A stretch of DNA of 64,000 nt from a virus (Duplodnaviria; Caudoviricetes): IMG/VR virus record IMGVR_UViG_3300032277_002183, positions 147 to 64,146 of that record; one strand, 5' to 3'. Below, piece by piece: positions 47,401-55,500 of this stretch. Every line of letters begins with the position of its first letter. Position 1 is the first letter of the stretch. Both the position numbers and the translations under genes were made by a program. The notes beneath the pieces are model-generated. The model saw only the letters and a list, made by a program, of their open reading frames with translations. It made no database searches and was not told the DNA's origin.

Positions 47401-48113
47401 GATTCGCCAAAATGAATGGGGCCTCCTATTATTTCTTCATCATCACTATTTGTAGAAGCATCAGGACTTGGATCTTGATTTCCTATATCAAGAGTATGTT
47501 CTGATCTGGATATTTCTTCTATAATTGTTAGCAACTCTTTAGCGTCAAAACCAAACTCGTTTCTTCCTGAGCCGCCAAAAAGACCACCAAAAGCATAGTT
47601 CTCTTTTATGCCAAACGGGTTGTAAATATTGTTTATTTGACTTGTAAAGTTAACTCCCTCTGAAGGTAGATATCTATTTCCTTCAGTGAAGACGGTGCCC
47701 TCAAATTTGTCTAGAATAACCTGAACACCATCTAGAGCCTTGGATGGAGATTCAAAAGTAACATCATAAGTATTTCCGCCAAGAGATTGATTGTAATTAT
47801 ATCTTTGAAGTATTCCAACAAATTCAAAACCCCCAAACCTAAATTGACAACAAGTCCCAACTTCTGGAAATCCAGCAACAGTATCAAACTCGACACCTCC
47901 TTGTCCGTCAGGGATCATTTTGCCATCCTCATCAAGTCGGGGTTCTTTATGTTGTATAGTCTTAGGTGACGGGTTGCCGTTAGAATCCACGTTATCTGGG
48001 TCTTCGACGAGAGTCATCTGCATAGTGCTAGACTCAGCGCCATATCCTACGCTAGAAGTAAAATCAACGACATAAGCGTTGAACATTTCTAAAGGTTCTG
48101 TTAATTGCACCAT
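44409..48113 (-). CDS. 1234-aa tail-tip/hub-like protein
   Basis: Position downstream of the TMP block and beta-rich N-terminus (FTSSVGYG...MTLVEDP...TYDVTFES). The hub role is inferred. Confidence 0.55.
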   Translation of the reverse strand: MVQLTEPLEMFNAYVVDFTSSVGYGAESSTMQMTLVEDPDNVDSNGNPSPKTIQHKEPRLDEDGKMIPDGQGGVEFDTVAGFPEVGTCCQFRFGGFEFVGILQRYNYNQSLGGNTYDVTFESPSKALDGVQVILDKFEGTVFTEGNRYLPSEGVNFTSQINNIYNPFGIKENYAFGGLFGGSGRNEFGFDAKELLTIIEEISRSEHTLDIGNQDPSPDASTNSDDEEIIGGPIHFGESKFTIDFGELKGLIPSFLRIKGDFQSINAILQECTDIIVHDYVTFIKPTTTRVQIGSGGGIVPTPIFEEKVLNGVTLPTLDDDENVTGPVISFSYLNKTSQPNPGVIETLVNDKKSTTLISATNGKELADVTTQKLMIGDKATRVWHAGMQYMIPVYGKDLNGEWLLGAGFSDTDIAPVLLPNGAVYNAHIAELKAACSGFDTWSWYHVVGSAYGYTNVTNPVFSSFARMSQSKFNKLIQNVMTPYAMTSSFNGNHLRSMAQEDALNYLQGNANSSDEIFSAVLNTAKNYYGKTYFVMLPVEPGGIDNNIRFVKEKSESAWAISDSGWDPDFTIKDIDGYDDEGRLKACAGYIRSRTTSNGVFTRDFGNAGRTLPYVIPGFGTTLVGTTEVTIDNKIYWRQNPYFQQNNNPYDDVSAMVHVTVPGVYEFVNGGLNRESGELAEDRELTTGPRAAMDGIFGFFAGLGAPVSRAGGFSGGLNGVASFGSMENAALSLKYMGSAVRPFEISIPQNSSRYTWGPWYRYSSKRGKAEIEQNSQLRPEVFGSVDVLDEAAFALVGSAVADMYQSESGSVELAEFPEYNIAERFTGSGPYVTKISCKVGTGGITTNYEFSTWTRNFGKIAKYNVDRIAAINKNKIQALKQRSSNIPISPLSGGGGGGGGGGPLGGGGVQQAGALKPKVNNFFTGIPVPMAAAGGAANNPDGAQVWLMSGKNGESVGEDLIRKVQFGNGIIHAYDITFGCSQEQILSPIGLPAFHMRVETGQHYDAPKSFLPYVKEPKEADDSTGAEFSSNLVNPAAQDLDPYFGSDSKQAIGTVDFGVTIVDDFEAVSNGGSHMAFEDKGNIAAGASEYRTYGLRGPLLLSGWGYDVNGLPVPGDGQDFKVNYARNRSEWKTGPVDLRWDEDRQVWAGGYQIVEGFLTTPVKPANGQNPDGESTVQIYKDTGGGLQATGEEIKVKNLDKHLEIKENLPLYASCIRINGNWRFLYIGCDVPPVEE
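45411..45440 (-). repeat. (GGA)n tract encoding 10 Gly
   Basis: acc(tcc)7gcctcc on the + strand. Confidence 0.9.
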
Positions 48114-48114
48114 A

Positions 48115-49587
48115 TTAGTAAGACCAATCTATGTTTAGTGTGTATGATCCATTCGCTGGAGTCCAAGATTCTGTTCTATTTAGTTCGTAAGCTCCAGTTG
48201 GCTTATAAGCGTTTGCCGCAACTAGAGCCTCAGTAGTAGGTTTACTATCCCGCTTGTCTTTTTTCATTGTCCAGTCTATCGAAACATTTCTTTTTCTTTC
48301 TGGCGTCGTGCCCATATCTTGAAAAATAGGACCATCTGCCTTTCCTATTACAGCTATTATTGCCACCACCTGAACGGTTCTATTTTCATTATCGTCTGTT
48401 ACAGTTAACGTTTCAGTAATTGTATCATCAGATTCCTTTTCTTTGTCACTAAAGTTTACACTATATGCTATAGTACCGGCAACAGGGCTTTTTGTAACAC
48501 TTTTTGTTAAAATATTATTTGTTAATGTGCCCGCTCCGTCCTCTTTAACTTCATTAAAGAAAGTACTAGCAAGACTGTAAGCCTGATCTAAAACTCCGTC
48601 TAAAACGGCTTCAGCTTGTGCAACTTTGTTTTCCTGTTTACTAGAAAAGCTAGATGTGCTTAAACCAGCTATTGTACCATTTACAGTGACGGATGCTGTC
48701 TGATCTTCACTAAGATCATACCCAAGTTCAATGTCATGTGTAACAGACTCTTTAGAGACAAACCAAGTCTCAGTTACTGAATAAGATCCACCAGCTAAGT
48801 CAGAAGTAGCGACTCGATTATGGTTATAATATTCCTCTGTGCCAAGATCAATAAAATCGGCAGAGCTAGCACCCATATATACAGGAATAAAGTCAGTGAA
48901 CCTATCTTTATCTGCCATGTCCTTGCTTATGGTAGCATCAGGTGCGCTAACAAGCCTACTTAAAACCCAATCTTTCGCCTCAGACCATGCAGATTTTTGA
49001 TAGGTAGTGTTGAGTGATTTAATATATCCGGTAGCATTTACTGTGTGCGTGATCGTAAAAGTTTTTAGAGTTGTGTCTGAAACTACACTGTTGGTAAAGG
49101 TTCTTTCTGAGTTTTCAGCTACCTCCCAAGTTTCTTCTGCTGAAGAGAGAGAAAATCCATTTCCAATTTTGCCATCTCTTTTGTGGGCCACAAAATTAAA
49201 TGTATAATCTTGAAACTGCACAGAGCCAGAATCATCCTGATCTCCATAATCAATGCTAGTCAGAACAGCGTCGGTAAATGTAAGGTCGTTAGAAAGGCCT
49301 CCGTAAGAAACTATTTCAAGTGTACCGACAGGAACCTCATTCTCTGTCAAGGCTAGTTTTTCTATCATTTTGCCAGCCAAATTATTTTGTCGAGCACCCG
49401 GAGTAGTTATGGCTCCCTCAGCAATGATTTGACCCGTGACAGTAATATTATATATTAAGTCAATTAAAGTGCCATCTCCAGATTCAACTCTTTCAGTACC
49501 AATAGAATACTTAGGAAACGGACCAGTTGCACTAGTTCCTCCTATAGTGAGCTGATCTCCTCCAATGGGATTAAATGTTACTGCCAT
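48115..49587 (-). CDS. minor tail protein (distal-tail-like)
   Basis: AAGGAG RBS; repeated beta pattern (TITHTVNATG, YSVTETW, VTVNGTIAG, YTLNIDWSY); context. Confidence 0.55.
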   Translation of the reverse strand: MAVTFNPIGGDQLTIGGTSATGPFPKYSIGTERVESGDGTLIDLIYNITVTGQIIAEGAITTPGARQNNLAGKMIEKLALTENEVPVGTLEIVSYGGLSNDLTFTDAVLTSIDYGDQDDSGSVQFQDYTFNFVAHKRDGKIGNGFSLSSAEETWEVAENSERTFTNSVVSDTTLKTFTITHTVNATGYIKSLNTTYQKSAWSEAKDWVLSRLVSAPDATISKDMADKDRFTDFIPVYMGASSADFIDLGTEEYYNHNRVATSDLAGGSYSVTETWFVSKESVTHDIELGYDLSEDQTASVTVNGTIAGLSTSSFSSKQENKVAQAEAVLDGVLDQAYSLASTFFNEVKEDGAGTLTNNILTKSVTKSPVAGTIAYSVNFSDKEKESDDTITETLTVTDDNENRTVQVVAIIAVIGKADGPIFQDMGTTPERKRNVSIDWTMKKDKRDSKPTTEALVAANAYKPTGAYELNRTESWTPANGSYTLNIDWSY

Positions 49588-49598
49588 TTATAAACTCC

Positions 49599-52500
49599 TT
49601 AATCTTGATAACCTCTAACAAACGTAGGCATAACTCCTGTGCCCAATCCTACAACTCCAGATATTGCTATATTCATATCTGCTACGGTGATGTTAGCTCC
49701 TGAAACAGCCAAGTCAACATTTGAACTCTCTGTAAGATTATACACAATTAGGTTAGCATTTGCATCCAATTCTTCACCTCCGCCAATTCCTTTTCTATAT
49801 ACAACTAGAGTTGCTACACCTGAATTTGGTGCTGTAGCAGCAATAACTAAATCATTATTTGCGTTGTCTCTTCTAGCTCCAACTGTTGTAGAAGTTCCTG
49901 CGCCTGAAATTGAAATGTCGGCGGCACTATCAAATACTCCAGTTGCAGAATCAACACTAATAGCAAGAGGTGCAATACCACTAGCTATACCAAAGCTATC
50001 TGTTTTGACTACAAGTGTTGAAAGCTTATCCGAAGGAGCATATATACCTCCCTCGACAGAAAGTGTTGTTGTCGCAAACTGCGCACCACCCTGCGGACCC
50101 ACGCCAGTGGGAGCACCAAGGTATACCGCTAACGGAATTGCCTCAGATAGCGAAACAGCATCTTTCTGCTGGACAAACATATCCGCACCACGCTGTGCAG
50201 CTTCTCCTCCAAACACATATAGATTTCTATCATTTGTAGAAAATTCTGTACCTGCGACAAACGCATCACTTTCAAATGTCGTCGTGGAAGGTCCAGCGAT
50301 GTTCAGTGTTGAAGCGAGTGTTGTATCTGTAAACGTAGCACCAAGGAATAGTGTAGTTTCAAATTTCTCAGCCTGCCTTAAGTGTAATGGGAAGTCTCCG
50401 CTCGCAGGATTTGGAACATGTACATGTAAAGGTATTCCAGAATTAACTCCTATAGAAGCAAACTGAAGACCCATAGTATTAGTACCACTTTCAAAAGGTC
50501 GGTGGTACAACAAATCTTGATCGCCACTACTGAGTATTGGAGCTGATATAAATAGATTTCCTGAATTGTGCCTTATGTCTAAGATGGATATCTTTTCTAT
50601 GGTTAGCTCTGGTCTTCCAGCAAATCGAACCTTGAATGTTCTTCCCGCTAATAGTTTTGGCACACCAAAAGGTCTTACTATCTTAACAAAAGTAAACTGA
50701 CTTGAAACAGAAATTGTTCTTGCTGATTCACTATTATATTGTGCGACCTCGGCAACATTCTCTGTTGGGGTGAACTCAAAGCTATAATCATAGACAGGAT
50801 CTTTAATAAATTGTATATCATTAGTTAAAATACTATTTGAACAAATATTTACACTACTTCCAAAACGAGATGACGTTGAATCCGTATAATTTGCTATTAA
50901 GGATGCTGTGTCATTTTCATGTATTGCAAATTTGTATATAGTGTTTGTTCCCGGCTCAGAAACTGCTACATAACCGCTTTCTGCATTTAAATCAAGACCA
51001 TATCCAAACAGTTTATAATTATACCCGCAAGAAGTAGTGCCAGATATATTAGAGGACACATATCCTCCAGCATAAAGTGATTCTATATGAGACCAAGAAG
51101 AACCATCATACTTATAAATATATACAGCTCCTTCTGGTGCGTTTCCATGAATTACACTAAGGTCGGTGTTAACTACATAAGGGTCTAGAAGAGGAGCAGA
51201 AACTGCGGCATAATCTCCATCAATTTTGAATTTTGCTCCAAAACCAACCTTTATCCCGTCCGCTAAGTTAAATCTATTTTCCTTATATCTAACACCATCT
51301 GAAAGAGTTTTAAACGAGAACACTTTATTTTCAGTATAATAACCATCAGATAATTCAAGTTTACAGACAGAACCAAAGTTTATTGATTGCTCGTCATAAT
51401 AAAGATCTTCGCCATCCCATTGGATTGTATTTCCAAGATAATTGTTTGATTTTAATACCGTTGAATCTTGATCAATAAAGTCTCCTAAGATTGCATCAGT
51501 CATAACCCAGCCATCAATATCCTCAACTGTCACAGGAACCGTAAAAGAGGGCTCTATAGCACATAAGTCATAAGTAGGTGTTCCATATCTAGTTCTGGTC
51601 AAAGTTGCTGGTTGCAATATGCCCACCATATCTCTAAGTCCGTTTGGAGTGCTGATTCTTGCTGAAATAGCTATTCTATTATTTTGAGAAATTGCTACAG
51701 ATTTATATCTCACTAGCATTGAGCTATCACCCACTTCTAATAAGTCAAGCTCAGCTAAATCTTCATAAATTTTGTCATACTCAAATTTAAGAGATAGACT
51801 GTCTTCATCCGAATATTCAAAAACTTGAAGGGCTTTAATGTTCGATAAAGCGGAAACATTTGTCGCTATTGCTAAATAGTTATCATTTGAACCAATTGCG
51901 TCTCTAGATAGCTCTCTATCATAGAAAGTATTTATGGCATCATTTCTATAATTAGTAAGCGTTTCTCCTACCTTAGAAGGCGCATAGTAGCCATATCTAA
52001 AATTGCTGATTGGGACATGTTTATTTCTAGATATTGAGTTACTTTTTGTTTCGGGTATTACAGTTTCAGAGTTATTACTAAAATCAAATCTATTTTCTGT
52101 TCTTAATAGCTCACACGAATGACTATAATTATTGGCTATTGAATTAGCAGATGGAATCACCGCACCTGAAGCATGCAATGTTATTGGGTCTCCCTCAAAC
52201 GTTATAGGGCCAGACACAAATAGGTCTGCGTCTTTTGCGTCAACCTGTCTACCAATGAATAGACTTGTGTCAGTTGTTGCATTTTCATGTCCTCTGAAAA
52301 ATAATGTTCCGGTAGAGCTTATTGGTTCAGTATTAATTGTTAAAGGCATTAACCCTGAAGCATTGCCGGGCTCCATAAACAGTGGCATGTCTCCGCTGGC
52401 ATCAAATCTATTTATATGCAGAGGCATAGCTCCAGTGCCATTTCCTGTCATACCGCCCACAAAAAGTTGGCCCTCTACACACGGCATCGAATTTGAAATT

Positions 52501-55500
52501 CCATGAACACCAGAAAATGCTACATCTATATTACCACTAGATAAACCACCTTGAACGTAGAAGTCAAAAGATCCGCTAGTATAGGTTGGATTGATGGAAA
52601 GATTTAAGCCTTCATTTACTCCTGTTCCACCAATAAATGTTAAGGGTATGGTTGCTTCACGGTGTGTGCCTGTAGGAGGGATCATGGAAAGTGCAAGTCC
52701 ATCACACTCAAAACCTATAACATCTGACATGACTAGATCAAGTCTATTGTCGTCTACGACTTCCCCTAAGTGTAATGGCGCAAAGTTATAAGCTAAACGA
52801 ACACCAGAGATATGTAAATCAACATTGCCACTTTCGGCAATATGGCCTCTAGTGAAAAGATCCCTATTTCCACTTTCAATAGGAATACTATTAACCATCA
52901 AAGAAAGAAATTCTGGCTTAGGTAAGTCAAAAGCTAATTGAGGCGAAATAACCTGAATACTACTACTCTCTGTGCCTAAAAGAACGCCAACAGATTCATT
53001 CAAATGCGGGTCAACGTTTCCAACACCAGCCCTAACCAAGTCCAATGTTCCGGGTATTTTTTTGTCGAATCTCAATTCCACGGGGTCGTCAATAACTAGT
53101 TCAGGAGCATTGAACAAAGCGTTGTCTATAGCGTCAGGATCAGGTTGGTCAAGTAAATACCAATTTCCATCACAAGCAAATCTTCTAATTCTACCAAGAT
53201 CATATTCTTGATATGTAACATTAGCTATCACTGTTGCATAATTAATAAATGAGTGGGGATTATCCTCATTGTGATCAACATTATTATATGCTTTTTTATA
53301 AGCCTGTACGCCATCATCATAAGGAGAGGAGTTACCGAAGCGTCTGGGTCGCGCTCTCCATTCATCGTTCCAAGAAAGAAGCGAGATAGCTAAGACTTTT
53401 CCGCTTTTGTGGAAGGAACGACTATATGTTTCTTTGTTTACATCATCAAATTCTAACTGGTAATTTGTAGGAATCCTCACACCAAAATCATCGACTGTAT
53501 CAGTTAGCGCTTTTCCTGTTCCGTCATTATGTCTAAATGTTCTATTGTCTTCAGACGAAAGAAGTTTGTGATCCATAAAGTAATTACGCTCATTAAGAAC
53601 ACTTTCTCCAAGATAATTTGTGGGCGAAAGAGAAACTGTGCCTATATACCTACCACCGACAAACCTATATGAAGGACTTAAAAATGCCATGTCCTGCCAA
53701 TTTTGAACTCCCCCAAAATAAAGAGGTGCTAGATCTGAGCTTTCTTGGCCATACACTAAATCACTTCCAGAAACCTGACCAGCTTGCCTTATGGTTAATC
53801 TTGGGTCTCGATTATATAGTCCAATCGTTGGTAGTACACGAGGTCCATCAGCAATACCGACAGCTCCAACAGCGTCTCCCTCCAAATTTCCTAGAAGAGT
53901 GCTGTTATAATCAACAGTCACGTCAAAACTTATATCTATCGGAATTGTTAAAACTTGACCCTTCTTTGAGAAGTTACGCATACTATAGAAAATAACAGGT
54001 GTGCGATGCGAATTATTTATATCAATAGTCGCGGCGTTATTAAAAGTACCTTCATTTTTAATGTATTCATATACGTTGTTTAAATTGTACGCAGTATCCT
54101 GAGAAAAATCTTCAACAAAAGAAAAGAATGGAAACAAAGGTTCCGTGAATCGACCCAATGGCACTGCTCGTGGCAATGGAGTTCTTCCGGTATCTGAGAA
54201 TATTGCATAAGCCCTATCATTAGGAAGTCTTCTGCTCTCAAAATTGCCCGCAGGATATCTTTCGTTTTTAATTGAAGCAAATATCTTACCTCCAGCAATA
54301 TCAAAGCCGCAGAAATCTAAGATTCCACCACCTTCTGTAGTTGACTCATTCAGATTAAAAGTAGCCTCAGCATTGGGAGAACCATAACCCGGAATTGCAG
54401 CAGTTATCCTTTGTATAAATTCTGGTCGATCACCCGACAAATCATATAAGACAAGCCTTTTAGCCACAAGTGCGTGATCGCCAAACTCATCTATTGGTGA
54501 AGTATCTAGATAGGCTAATATGCCGTCCTTGGCTCTAAATTCAGATACAGCATTCGGAACATAATAGGTTGTAAAATTTTCATGTCTTACAATAATCTTA
54601 GAGCCATTAAACCGCAAAAAGTTCTTATCCTCGAATCTAACTGGGTCGCCATTAAAACCTCGTAGCGGCGTGCTTCCATCGAGTGCGGTCGGAACTTGTA
54701 TCTCTTGAAGATTTGACCGGCGACCATAACTATTACTCGTTTTATACTCTAAATAAACGAGGAACTTAAGGCAGTCATATTCAGACTCATTGCCGAGTAC
54801 AAAACCTTCTCGAGTTCGGTATGCAGGATTTTTATAAAGATGCTTACCTTGAGCTAAACCGCCAAAAAATGGACTGAGTTTAAAAAGAGCAGATGTGTTT
54901 GGATCATATTCATCACCTGAGTAAACAGAAGTGCTTGAATTAATTGACCAGCCTAAAGCGCCGGATTTCCTATACAAATACTGATGTCCCCCCCAAAGAT
55001 CAGCTCCATGTGGATAAATTCTGGGATCTTTAAGTGCTTTCTTAGTTGTTTTATATTGGTCTTCCAAAAAGCCGTTAAAGCCGTCCGTAACAATATAGCG
55101 ACTGGTCTTCATACCAAACTCAGAGGTATTCGTAAAACTAATGACTTTTATATTATTTCCATCATTAATCATTAGCTTGCCAGAATCAGCCTTTATGGTT
55201 GGAACATCATAGTCTCTGAAAGTAGGTCTCACATATTCATTCGCTTTTTCGGGTACTGCAATCGGAACTGTAAGAAATAGACTACCGGGAGGACTATCAA
55301 ATTTAGAGTAAAAAATCTCAAACCTTGGCACAATTTTGTAGGGGATCGCCTGCATTGATCTTGCTACTAGAGCATCTTCATCCTTGTCAGTAGGATCGGT
55401 GTCTAATATTTTCTTAATGTGCAAAGAGAAAGTATCTACATTTACAATTTCATTATAAGGTCTTGTGTGTCTGTCTGCAAATTCCTGTAATATTACGTTT

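Noticed and set aside
49639-50466. 275-aa + strand ORF and other long antisense ORFs within the tail genes
   Set aside because: Codon-symmetric shadows of Ala/Gly/Thr-rich minus-strand genes; no independent motifs or RBS.
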